This document shows positions 1 through 11,730 of a stretch of DNA of 64,000 bases, in pieces. Position numbers and translations under genes: made by a program. Each line of letters begins with the position of its first letter. The stretch's first letter is position 1. The DNA comes from Squalus acanthias (lineage: Eukaryota): positions 59,956,001 through 60,020,000 of the forward strand of contig CM059425.1 in NCBI GenBank assembly GCA_030390025.1. Direction: 5' to 3'. The notes below the pieces were generated by a model. It did not search any database, had not been told where the DNA came from, and worked only from the letters and a program-made list of their open reading frames with translations.

Positions 1-951
1 GCTTTTGATATACATTAATGACTTGGACTTGGGGGTACAGGACACAATTTCAAAATTTGCAGATAATACGAAACTTGAAAGTGTAGTAAACAGTGAGGAA
101 GATAGTAATAGACTTCAAGATGATATAGACAAGCTGGTGGAATGGGCGGACATGTGGCAGATGAAATTCAATGCAGAAAAATGTGAGGTGATGATAGGAA
201 GAATGAGGAGAGACAACACAAGCTAAATGGTACAATTTTAAAGGGGTGCAAGAACAGAGACACTTGGGGGTGTTTGTACACAAATCTTTGAAGGTGGCAG
301 GACAGGTTAACAAAGTAGTTAATAAAGCAAATGGGATCCTGGGCTTTATAAATGGAAGTATAGAGTACAAAAGCCAGGAAGTTATGCTAACCGTATATAA
401 AACACTAGTTTGGCCCCAGTTGAGTACGGTGTCCAATTCTGGGCATCACAATTTAGGAAGGACGTGAAGGCTTTGGAGAGGGTACAGAAGAGATTTACTG
501 GAATGGTTCCCAGAGTGAGGGATTACAGTTATGTGGATAGACTAGAGAAGCTGGGGTTGTTCTCCTTAGAGCAGAGAAGGTTAAGAGGAGATTTGACAGA
601 GATGTCTGAAATCATGAAGGGTTTAGGTAGAGTAAATAAAGAGCAACTATTTCCAATGGCTGAAGGGTCGTTAACCAGAGAACACAGATTTAAGGTGATT
701 GGCAAAAGAATCAGAGGAAACATGAGGAAAATTTTTTTTTACTCAACGAGTGATTAGGATTTTGCACTGCCTTATAGGGTGGTGGAAACAAATTCAATAG
801 TAGTTTTCAAAAGGGAATTGGATAAGTAAAGGAGAAAAAATTACAGGGATCTGCGGAAAGAGCCGGGGAGTGGGACTAACTGGATTGCTCTTCGAAAGAG
901 CTGGCGCAGACTCGATGGGCCGAATGGCCTCCTTCTGCGCTGTACTATTCT
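1..951 (+). mobile_element. CR1-clade LINE, 3' part (degenerate RT C-terminus plus 3' UTR)
   Basis: Frameshifted ORFs IYINDLD..FADNTKL, KANGILGFI, LEKLGLFSLEQRRLRGDL; tail gggccgaatggcctccttctg. Confidence 0.9.
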
Positions 952-954
952 ACT

Positions 955-1050
955 TGGAACATTAACCTATCTTTTTCTTTCAGAAGTTGATTGGCATACT
1001 GTGCAATTTCAGCATTTTCTGTTTTTATTTCACATTTCCAGCATTTGTGG
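955..1050 (+). mobile_element. Degenerate copy of the short Penelope-associated hammerhead repeat family
   Basis: cagcattttctgtttttatttcacatttccagcat matches the copies at 7814, 24460 and 56145. Confidence 0.5.
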
Positions 1051-1057
1051 GGTTGTC

Positions 1058-1481
1058 TCACGGTGGCATAGTGGTTAGCACTGGTGCCTCACAGCGCCAG
1101 GGACCCGGGTTCGAATCTGACCTCGGGTGACTGTCTGTGTGGAGTTTACACATTCTCCCCGTGTCTGCGTGGGTTTCCTCCGGGTGCTCCGGTTTCCTCC
1201 CACAGTCCAAAGATGTGCGGGTTAGGTTGATTTGGCTATGATAAATTGACCCTTAGTGTTAGGGGGGGATTAAATATGTGGGGTTATGGGGATAGGATGG
1301 GATATGTTAGGGGGAATTAAATACGTGGGGTTACGGGGGTAGGTTGGGATATGTGTACTGTGGGGATTAAAGCAGGGACAGGGTACTGGATTTGGATGAT
1401 CAGCCATGATCGTATTGAATGGTGGAGCAGGCTCGACGGGCCGAATGGCCTACTCCTGCTCCTAGATTCTATGTTTCTATG
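1058..1481 (+). mobile_element. tRNA-derived SINE (HE1/V-SINE-like) ending in a CR1-type 3' tail
   Basis: Pol III box A TGGCATAGTGG (1064-1074) and box B GGTTCGAATC (1108-1117). V-domain-like core gtctgcgtgggtttcctccgggtgctccggtttcctcccacagtccaaagatgtgc, an internal ~47-bp tandem duplication, and a CR1 tail. Confidence 0.8.
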
Positions 1482-2907
1482 TCTCATGAATATTCTAACA
1501 TGGGAACAGAAACTATACTTCCAGCTGCTCCTGTAATTCACAATATTCTCTAGTGATTCACATCACTGGACTTCAATTCATACTTTTGAATAAACACAAA
1601 ATAATCTAGTCTGCAAACATATCAACATAGGAAGAAACAATAAGGTTTGTGCAAGTTCTTGTCCCAAAGGGCTATTTTTTGTTACTTCTTGTATTTCTCT
1701 TGATCCCAGTGATACATTACAACTGTAATTGGATGATCAAGCCAATAAATTGTTCACATGGGTGAACAAGTTCTTTAAAGTGCTTTCTTCAGGACAAAGC
1801 AATCAAAACATTTAAATAACCGTTGAATTATAACTGACCTGAGATTTGATACGAGAAGCTGCAAAAAATATCAGAGCTAGACAGACATCAATAGTAACAG
1901 ATTACTATTATTCTGGCTGTCAGGAAGACCAATCCATGCAACACATGTCAATCAATATATGCCTTATTTATTGAGCAATACGAGACATACAGGACAAAAA
2001 TGGCCAAGGGCTGAGTTCCAAGACAAGTATAGCCAACCCTGGCTTCTGGCATAAATGAGAACACTATATTACTACCATCTTTGTATAAAGTAATAATTAT
2101 TTCTACATAGTCCAAGAAAAGCTATACAGTGTAGCTAGGATAAAAAGCAAACTGTTATGATTTTTAAATTGCTGCAGTGATAGGGAAGATTCTTCAGAAA
2201 AAAAATCAATTTTTTTGGTTAAAAAAAATCACATTTCTGTGCTTCAAGTGCATTTTGCATCATGTTAGAAATGTGAAGTGTGGAAAAAAGCATCGATATT
2301 CATTGATACCATTAGAATTCACTCATTTCAGCTAGCACTACAGTAAGCCGCTCACCATTCTTTTCAATAAAAAGATGCAATCTGTGCTTCAGTCTGGCAC
2401 AATAAGAGACATTTTTGTCGTACTTTGATCAATGCAACATGCCAGCACCCATCTGTAAAACCATCTTATTGTACTAGAAGCGAGACAAATCTAAATGACA
2501 CACAAGTGATTAGATGAAGATGCTGATGATTCTTCCTTTCTCGAGGTTGTGATGCAAAAGGTGTTAAACTCAATTCTTTCAAGGTTGCAACTATTCTTGG
2601 AGTTCACTACAAACCAAGTGCAATTAAACCTATAGGATGCCTTTATGAGATGCTGAAAACATAATTCTATCAAACTGAAATTAAAAATGTCAAGTCTAAA
2701 TATGAAATTTGACATTTTAATTTTGAAGCATTTTTAACTGAATGGAAGCTCTACCGTATAGTTAAGAAGTGCTATTACTACATAGTAGAAAAACCATACC
2801 CTCGATGTCAAGTGACTTTCACCTGCTTTGTTCTACCATAGCCTTGATCTCAGGCAGACCTATAGTTGCTTTTGACCAGTAAAAGTAGCAGCAATAACTA
2901 CAGAGCT

Positions 2908-5229
2908 GGTGAGAGGGGAAGTAGCTCTGATAATAAAAGATGACATAAGGACAATAACGAGAAAGGATCTCGGCTCGGAAGATCAGGAAGTAGAATCAGT
3001 ATGGGTGGAGATAAGGAATAACAAGGGGCAGAAAACACTGGTAGGAGTAGTACATAGGCCCCCTAACAGTAGCTATACCGTTGGACAGAATATTAATCAA
3101 GTAATAGTAGGAGCTTGCAACAAAGGTAATGCAATAATCTTGGGGGACTTTAATCTTCATATAGACTGGACAAATCAAATTGGCAAAGGTAGTCTGGAGG
3201 ACGAGTTCATGGAATGCATTCGGGACAGTTTCCTAGAACAATACGTCATGGAATCAACCAGGGAACAGGCTATTTTAGATTTTGTATTGTGTAATGAGAC
3301 AGGGTTAATTAGCAATCTCATAGTAAAGGATCCTCTGGGGCAGAGTGATCATAATATGATAGAATTTCACATTAATTTTTGAGAGCGAATTGCCTAAGTC
3401 CAAAACTAGAGTCTTAAACTTAAATAAAGCCAATTACATAAGTATGAGGGGCGAGTTGGCTAAGGTAGATTGGAAAAATAGATTAAAAGGTATGGTGGTA
3501 GATAAGCAGTGGCTAGCATTTGAAGAAATTCTTCTTCTCTTAGGCAGTCCCTCGGAACCGAGGATGACTTGCTTCCACATTAAAAATGAGTTCTCAGGTG
3601 ACTGATGAGTCCAATGCGGGACTGACAGTCTCTGTCACAGGTGGGGCAGACGGTGGTTGAAGGGGCGGGTGGGTGGGATGCTTGGGTTGATGTGCGCTCC
3701 TAAATATTTAAAGAAATATTTCATAATTCTCAACAAAAATACATTCCATTGAGAAACAAAAACTCCACGGCAAAAGTGATCCAACCGTGGCTAACTAAAG
3801 AAGTTAAGGATAGCATTAGATTGAAAGAAGAAGCTTATAATGTTGCAAAGAAGAATAGTAAGCCTGAGGATTGGGAGAGTTTCAGAAACCAGCAAAGGTT
3901 GACCAAAAAATTGATAAAAAGGGAAAAAATAGAATGAGAGAAAACTAGCAAGAAATATAAAAGCAGATTGTCAGAGTTTCTACAAGTATGTAAAAAGGAA
4001 AAGAGTAGCAAAAGTAAACGTTGGTCCCTTAGAGGTTGAGACAGGAGAAATTATTATGGGGAATAAGGAAATGGCAGAAACGTTAAAGAAATATTTTGTA
4101 TCTGTCTTCACAGTAGAAGACATAAAAAGCATACCAAAAATGGTGAGGAACCAAGGGTCTAATGAGGGTGAGGAACTTAACGTAATTAATATAAGTAGAG
4201 AAAAAGTACTAGAGAAACTAATGGGACTAAAAACCGACAAATCCCCTGGACATGACGGCCTACATCCTAGGGTTCTAAAAGAGGGTTCCAAATTTCCCTA
4301 GATTCTAAAATGGTCCCAGCGGACTGGAAGGTACCAAATGTAACACTGCTATTCAAGAAAGGAGGGAGAGAAAAAACAGGGAACTACAGGTCAGTTAGCC
4401 TGACATCAGTCGTCGGGAAAATGCTAGAATCCATTGTTAAGGAGGTGGTATCAAATCACTTAGAAAATCATAACATGATTAGGCAGAGTCAACATGGTTT
4501 TATGAAAGGGAAATCGTTTTTGACAAATTTATTAGAGTTTTTTGAGGATGTAACTAGCAGGGTAGATAAAGGGGAACCAGTGGATGTAGTATATTTGGAT
4601 TTCCAAAAGGCATTCAATAAGGTGCCACATAAAAGGTTATTACACAAGATATGGGCTCATGGGGTTGGGGGTAATATAGTAGCATGGATAGAGTATTAGT
4701 TAACGGACAGAAAACAGAGTAGGGATAAATGGATCTTTTTCAGGTTGGCAGGCTTCAACTAGTGGGGTGCCGCAAGGATCAGTGTTTGAGCCTCAGCTAT
4801 TTACAATCTATATTAATGACCTAGATGAAGGGACCGAGTGTAATGTATCCAGGTTTGCTGATAATACAAAGCTAGGTGGGACAATAAGCTGTGAGGAGAA
4901 CACAAAGAGTCTGCAAAGGGATATAGATAGACTAAGTGAGTGGGCAGTAAGGAGGCAGATGGAGTATAATGTAGGGAAATGTGAGGTTATTTACTTTGGC
5001 AGGAAGAATAGAAAAACAGAATATTTTTTAAATGGTGAGAAACTTTCAAATGTTGGTGTTCGGAGAGATTTGGGTGTCCTCGTGCAAGATACACAGAAAG
5101 CTAGCATGCAGGTACAGCAAGCAATAAGGAAGGCAAATGGCATGTTGGCCTTTGTTGCAAGGGGGTTGGAGTATAAGAGTAAGGAAGTCTTGCTACAGTT
5201 GTACAGGGCCTTGGTGAGACCACACCTGT
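2908..5229 (+). mobile_element. CR1 LINE ORF2 remnant (APE endonuclease + RT), frameshifted
   Basis: ESVWVEI, ILGDFN, LGQSDHNMIEF (APE); NYRSVSLTSVVGK, QHGF, YLDFQKAF, PQGSV (RT). Confidence 0.93.
3530..3705 (-). mobile_element. Short insertion, probably an RTE-type LINE 3' fragment, nested in the CR1
   Basis: Interrupts the CR1 frame. Has an (AAG)n-like tail on the minus strand and is flanked by atttgaagaaat (3518-3529) / atttaaagaaat (3706-3717). Confidence 0.6.
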
Positions 5230-5405
5230 ACAGTAGTATAGAAATGAATACAAAACCATTTACAGTAAAACATGGCTCCAAGTCACAATAGATCAGAAAG
5301 AGAACAATGGGTAGGCTGGATGGGAGCTTTCTATGTAGAGTGAGAGATTCATTCAAAAGACGTGGAAGGCTCCACCTACAATAAGTAATTACCATTCTTG
5401 CTATT

Positions 5406-6172
5406 GTTAGGAACATAGGAACAGGAGTAGGCCATTCAGCCCTTCGAGCCTCTTTCGCGAATTAGGTCATGGGTGATCTGTACCTCAACCCCATTTACCC
5501 GCCTTTGATTCATATCCATTAATACCCTTACCTAACAAAAATCTATCAACCTCAGTCTTGAAATTTTCAATTAACCCAGCAGCTACAGCCTATTGGGGGA
5601 CAGAGTTCTAGATTTATACTACTCTTTGTGTGAAAAAATGCTTCCTAATTTCCCTCCTAAATGACCTGGCTCTAATTCCAAGATAATGCTCCCTTGTTCT
5701 GGATACCCCAACTTGGGAAATAGTTCCTCCTTAACCACGCTATCGAATCCTTTTATTATTTTATACATCTTCTATACTCAAGGGAATACAAGCCAAGTTT
5801 ATGCAACCTGCCTTCAATTTAACCCCATCAGTATCATGCTGGTTAATCTGCGCTGCATCTCCTCCAAGGCCAATACATCTTTCCTGAAGTGTAGTGATCA
5901 GAACTGAACACAGTACTCCAGATAGGGTCTGACCAAGGTTCTATACAACTGAAGCATAACTTCCTCCCCATTGCATTCCAACCCATTTGAGATAAAGGCC
6001 AACATTCCATTAGCCTTTTTGATTGCTTTATGTACCTGTCCACGAGCCTTGAGTGATTTGCGTACATGGACACCCAAATCTCTTTGCCCCTCCACAGTTC
6101 CTAGCTTCTCACCATTTAGAAAATATTCCGATTTGTATTTCTTTGATCCAAAGTGGATGACCTCACACTTCC
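5406..6172 (-). mobile_element. CR1 LINE 3' fragment
   Basis: ORF KANGMLAFIS..LYRTLVRPYLEYCVQF; tail aacataggaacaggagtaggccattc. Confidence 0.88.
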
Positions 6173-7813
6173 TATCTCATCTTGAAGTGTTAAGATAATA
6201 ATGCTCAGTAAAAGCTTGTTAACTGCTCTAGGTTTCTGTCTTGCAAATGGTAACTAGAGAAACTTTTTACACATTGATCCAAACACAATTAAAAAGCTCT
6301 CAAGAAGATACAGTTCATTACCTAATCTATTTGGGTTTATACCCAATGTTTTGTTCCCAAAAGAAAAACAAAAAAAATGGTTTGATTAAGGCCTTTCAGC
6401 CTATCTACATAATAAGTTAGTGCCCTGCGCAAATCTCCCTTTCAATGGAAGAAAGGTATGGTGGGAGATAAAATTTTAGTACCGTGATTTCCTGAGACAA
6501 GAGAAGCTTAAAAACTATTAACAATCAGTTCTCTGCATAGGTTTTCTCCCTTGAAAAAAGGAAGCTTCTATGGGTCAGATAGCTATCCCAAAATTCAAAG
6601 CCTGTAAATCTAGAGGATAATGGCTGTTGTCCTAATGCCAGTGTCGAAAAGCTCCATAGCTGACAGATGCAGTAACTTTGCGCCTGGAGCGAACAATAAA
6701 CCCTCATGCTGCTGATAAGCTAACTGGAAACACCTTGTATTTTCCTGGTCTCTAACTGACGGATGCCCAAATAACACTGACAGATCGTATATCTCGGGCT
6801 ACAAACTCAATCAGATTTAATAAGAGATAAAATTGGTAGAAGTGAAAGTCAAATAACAAGAGAAATTAGAGTGATTCATTTCACTTACAAAATCTGTTTC
6901 AGAATAATAAAATGTTTTAAAACTCAGATCTGAGGTTACACTTTCAAGTTTGTTCAATGTCTATGATGTGAAGTTTATATATGAAATCAGATAATCATGA
7001 CGTGTTCCATAGGTCCCAGCTGGTCAACTGATGAAAAATTTGCTAAAGGAACCTTGAAATGGGAGTGAGAGTTATTGTTTTGAAGTCCTAAATAATTTTC
7101 ATGAGAAATTGGGGGTTTCTTCTCTGTAGTTTGTGGACCTCATTTTAAAGTGACCACGAAGCTGATGCGCTAAATATTAATAGAATATCAAAACATATAA
7201 AGCCTCTTCTGACACAAAACAAATCTTCCATCCATTACACCTGACTAGAAGCAAAACTAGTTTGATGGCGGGGCATTTATCAGCAAACTCTACCCAAAGA
7301 CAAGGGCAGCTAGTGACCATAGTGGAAGAGGTTGTGTGTGGTCAGAGAAACCCCAACACCTGCTCACTAATGGTGCATGGCCATTTTTAAAGGAAATGGA
7401 TGGATGCACCTGTACTTGAAAAGTGCTTTACTTCAATAGATCCAAAGGTCCTCCTGCATAGGGAAAAACTGGGATTAGACATCCTAGGAGTTAGTCCCTT
7501 TGAGTTAAGTTTGCACCAGGCCTCATGAGGCAAAAAAAATGCAAAAGTAGGAGGCATCAGAGACAGGTGTTGTGGGTGTCCATCATTGAGAAGGACCCAT
7601 GGACTCTTCAAAATTTCAAGTCAGGTGCTGGCATCAATCAGCAGCTGTGGGTCTAAGGTTAAATCAGTTGGTAAAGACTTAATAGGTCTCAATAAAAAAT
7701 GTGTTAACTGATGCGTGAACTCCATATTGTAGGCTTTCCCTCAAGAACACAAGAAAATTTCTCAGGTAAGGAGAAAACGATCTGCTGCATGAGATGGGAG
7801 AAGAACACTGAAG

Positions 7814-7933
7814 TCATTGATCTGAAATATTAACTCTTGTTTCTCTCTCCACAGATGCTGCCTGACCTGCTGAGTATTTCCAGCATTTTCTGTTTTTATT
7901 TTAGGTTTCCAGCATCTACAATATTTTGCTTTT
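7814..7933 (+). mobile_element. Short Penelope-associated repeat, single arm with a decayed hammerhead
   Basis: Family core cagatgctgcctgacctgctgagtatttccagcattttctg; 14-bp TSD gaagaacactgaag (7800-7813) / gaagaacaccgaag (7934-7947). Confidence 0.75.
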
Positions 7934-8563
7934 GAAGAACACCGAAGACCTGTTTCGGATCGAGGCTCTCTGTAATTGTGCTCATAGAACATCTTTATTG
8001 TATTACACAATAGTTGCTATTGTTCGAACTGTTGTTTTCAGATGCAGCAGTGAATACATTGTAGACTGTAAAATGGTGTTTAAAGCAAGGTTTAAAAAAC
8101 ACAGCAAAACAAAGACTTGGTAACCTAATGTAGCTTTATAGTTTTTCTGTATTAAAAAAACACTTAACAAATCTGTTCTATTTTATCTCAGCTTCTCTAT
8201 TTAAGAGGTTTGATAGATTTTCAAGTTTGTCACATTACATCATGGGCTAAGTTGATTTAGCCCATATTTTTCCAACTGTTTTTCATATGCTCAGAAGGCC
8301 CATTTATACTTGTTAGAATAATGAACAAATTATCTTTCTTCCTTTTAAAAACATCTTGTAAACTGGTTCTCAATACAATGAATGAAATTTCAGTTTTACC
8401 TTTGTCCCCCCAAAAATAAAGGCTTGGGCATGTGGATTCTCCTTCCAAGACACTAGCAGAGGCACTGAAAATGAAAAAATTTACATCTTTACATCCATCT
8501 TACTTAAGAGGGTTTCTAAGGCTAGAAAAGGGGCATCTTGATGAAGGGAAAAAATATTTTAAA

Positions 8564-8572
8564 AAAGGATAC
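8564..8572 (-). other. U12-type (minor spliceosome) 5' splice site GTATCCTTT
   Basis: Plus strand aaaggatac at 8564-8572 reads GTATCCTTT on the minus strand immediately after the exon. This is an exact match to the U11-binding consensus RTATCCTTT. Confidence 0.85.
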
Positions 8573-8700
8573 AAATTTTGATACAGTGGAATTAGTGATT
8601 TTAGTGCTCGACTTGCATTGATTGCTGTAGCTCGGACTAGACTTGGTAGAACTTTCCCATCCACGATTGCACCATCAAAGAGTGGGCCAAAAAATGGTAC
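8573..8700 (-). CDS. RALGAPA1: RALGAPA1 coding exon (GAP domain end): [42 protein letters not shown](F)
   Basis: ttcaaacag|GTA ... TT|gtatcctttt, 128 nt, phase 0/2. Not in the ORF track; found by reading the minus strand. Confidence 0.94.
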
Positions 8701-10796
8701 CTGTTTGAAAGAAGCTAATTACTTGGTTCAGTTTTACAAATTGAATTTATCCTGTATTACCACAATAAGTTACAAAAGATTTCTGATAGCCAAGTCTAGT
8801 TTAAAAAAAACTAGATTTATTTTGCATCCATAGCAAGAAATACAATTAAAAAGTACAGGTAATTGAAGTATCAAATTTAAGTCTAAATTTTTTGTTGGCT
8901 ACTTGAATGAAGATGCATGGAGAATGCTAATTACTTAAATAGGTACATTCTCCCTCATTAATTGGAAATGTTCAGCCTTCACATAAAAATGACATTGTTA
9001 CTATTAAATTGGGAAGAGTGGGTTAGGGAAAGGGAAATTACCTGGAATACCATCCCTTTAAGAAAATCACACCATGGTAAGGTGATCTTCTCCACTGTTA
9101 CATAAAAGACTTAACTCTGGGTTGTGTTCCTTGCCCAGAGAAGAGAGCACTGATACCCAGGTAACAACAAGAGCACTGAAACCTACAATAAAATAGCAGA
9201 ATAGCTCCAAGCCACACTAGATCAGAGAGAGCAAATGAAGCAAGTTCTCCATGTGGAGGCCTTTTCAAAGAATGAAGACGACCATACCTAATGTTTTTCT
9301 TATTTGTTCAACTTCCACATGCACATGGAAAATATGCCAAAGAAATATAAAATTGTGGTAGGATTAAGAAATATATTCTTCAGGCCTGCTTGGAACACAG
9401 CAGTGTCAAAAGCATTGAGCTGTGAAATCAAAACAATATTTAGTAAAAGCATGCATACTGCTTCAGGTCACTGTCTTGCAGATGACCTTTAGAGGAACCA
9501 CACTGGTCCAAGAAGTGGTTGCCGTACAAGTAATTAGCTCTGATTTCTCTAGTGGGTCAAGTGCTGCCAAAGAACACCACAGAGGGACACAATAAGTTAC
9601 TTTGCTAAGCTCCTTTTGGCAATAGGCTTATGTCTAAAATCATATTCCCAAAAGAAATGAACTGCATAGATAAGCAAAGATCTTTTGTCCCAGGTGTATA
9701 TTAGATTTCATACCTTTTGCACATCAATTAAGTGATAATTCCAATCAAGTGGAAGCAACATTTGGCGGCAGATAAAACATTGGCATGGTGATGCCCTCAG
9801 AAAGTAGAACACACACAATCTTAGAATCAATCTCATGCCCCATCCTTCCTTTCTCCTTAAATGCACGCCAGAAAGGTAAGGTGGGTTTACCAACATTGTG
9901 CAGCTCATTAACTCTGTGCAGCTCATTAACTCTGTGCAGATAAGGACTAACAAAGTAATCACTTTAAATAGGCTTGACAGCAAAGTTGAAGCCCATGGAA
10001 TAAAAGGGACAGTGGCAGCATGGATACATAATTGGCTAAGTGACATGAAACAGAGTGTAGTGGTAAATGGTTGTTTTTCGGACTGGAGGAAGGAATACAG
10101 TGGTGTTCCCCAGGGGTCGGTACTGGGACCACTGCTTTTCTTGATATATATCAATGACTTGGATGTACAGGGCACAATTTCAAAATTTGCAGAGGACACA
10201 AAACTTGGAAGTATAGTGAACAGTGAGGAGGATAGTGATAGACTTCAAGAGGACATAGACAGGCTGGTGGAATGGACGGACATGTGGCAGATGAGATTTA
10301 ACGGCGAAAAGTGCAAAGTGATACATTTTGGTAGGAAGAACGAGGAGAGGCAATATAAACTGAAAGATACAATTCTAAAGGGGGCGCATGAACAGAGAGA
10401 CCTGGGGGTATATGTGCACAAATCATTGAAGGTGGCAGGGCAGGTTGAGAAAGCGGTTAAAAAAGCATACGAGATCCTGGGCTTCATAAATAGATGCGGA
10501 GATGCCGGCGTTGGACTGGGGTGGACAAAAATGAGAAGTCGCACAACACCAGGTTATAGTCCAACAGATTTATTTAAAATTACAAGCTTTCGGAGCTGTC
10601 GCCCCTTCCTCAGGTAAAGTTACAATGAGTGAATCTACAATATTTCACAGTATATAAACACACAAACTGCAGAGATACAATCTTTCAGGGAAGGTGTCCT
10701 TACATCAAAGACACACCAAGAGCACAGCCAAGACAATGAGATGTGTCACAGGGGGTCCAACGTGTCAAATCCTGCTGTCTGCAGTTTTTTTTTTTG

Positions 10797-11459
10797 CGAA
10801 CACGGGACACAACCAACAGAGTACCCTACATCGTCCAGTACTTCCCCGGAGCGGAGAAACTACGCCATGTTCTTCGCAGCCTTCAACATGTCATCGATGA
10901 CGACGAACACCTTGCTAAGGCCATCCCCACGCCTCCACTACTCGCCTTCAAGCAGCCGCCTAACCTCAAAAGTACCATCGTTCGCAGCAAATTACCCAGC
11001 TGTCAGGAGAACAGCGACCACGACACCACACAACCCTGCCACGGCAACCTCTGCAAGACATGCCAGATCATGAACACAGATACCGTCATCACATGTGAGG
11101 ACACTACCCACCAGGTACATGGTACATACTCATGTGACTCGGCCAACGTTGTCTACCTCATACGTTGCAGGAAAGGATGCCCCAGAGCATGGTACATCGG
11201 TGAGACCATGCAGACACTGACACAACGTATGAACGGACACCGCGCAACAATCGCCAGGCAGGATTCTTACCTCCCAGTCGGGGAACACTTCAGCAGTCAA
11301 GGACATTCAGCCTCGGATCTGCGGGTTAGCGTTCTCCAAGGAGGCCTTCGAGACACACGACAACGCAAAATCATCGAGCAGAAACTGATAGCCAAGTTCC
11401 GCACCCATGAGGACGGCCTCAATAGGGATATCGGGTTCATGTCACGCTACAGAACGTGA
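10797..11459 (+). CDS. Penelope-like ORF C-terminus: end of RT thumb, Cys-rich Zn-finger linker and GIY-YIG endonuclease (N-terminally truncated)
   Basis: PLLAFKQPPNLK, PCHGNLCKTC, NVVYLIRC..WYIGET, RMNGH, VGEHF, IEQKLI, GLN. No internal stops. The Cys-rich linker suggests the Neptune group. Confidence 0.88.
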   Translation, partial: RTRDTTNRVPYIVQYFPGAEKLRHVLRSLQHVIDDDEHLAKAIPTPPLLAFKQPPNLKSTIVRSKLPSCQENSDHDTTQPCHGNLCKTCQIMNTDTVITCEDTTHQVHGTYSCDSANVVYLIRCRKGCPRAWYIGETMQTLTQRMNGHRATIARQDSYLPVGEHFSSQGHSASDLRVSVLQGGLRDTRQRKIIEQKLIAKFRTHEDGLNRDIGFMSRYRT

Positions 11460-11692
11460 CTCGACATCGTTGTCTGTCTTTCCAGTTTAAAAAAAAACAC
11501 AAAAAAAACAAACCCAAAAAAAAAACTGCAGACAGCAGGATTTGACACGTTGGACCCCCTGTGACACATCTCATTGTCTTGGCTGTGCTCTTGGTGTGTC
11601 TTTGATGTAAGGACACCTTCCCTGAAAGATTGTATCTCTGCAGTTTGTGTGTTTATATACTGTGAAATATTGTAGATTCACTCATTGTAACT

Positions 11693-11730
11693 TTACCTGA
11701 GGAAGGGGCGACAGCTCCGAAAGCTTGTAA
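11693..11730 (+). ncRNA. Minimal type-I hammerhead ribozyme motif in the Penelope pseudo-LTR (mirror copy on the minus strand at ~10580-10617)
   Basis: UUAC-CUGAGGA-A-GGGGC-GACA-GCUCC-GAAA-GCUU-GUAA: CUGANGA and GAAA core, 5-bp stem II, stem I UUAC/GUAA, and palindromic AAGCUU in place of stem III. Confidence 0.75.

Noticed and set aside
2750..2770. Minus-strand ttcttaac..ag as the acceptor for the U12 intron
   Set aside because: The following sequence does not encode the expected RalGAP peptide, and the branch match is imperfect.
3602..3630. ctgatgagtccaatgcgggactgacag, resembling a hammerhead (CUGAUGA plus a GUCC/GGAC stem)
   Set aside because: The essential GAAA is absent (UGACA follows), and no stem I or III is evident.
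9897..9939. 18-bp tandem duplication that extends ORF 9898..10617 (QLINSV repeats)
   Set aside because: Simple local duplication; the ORF is a chance read-through of flank, CR1 and Penelope arm. The duplications at 19608-19637 and 33256-33297 are likewise trivial.
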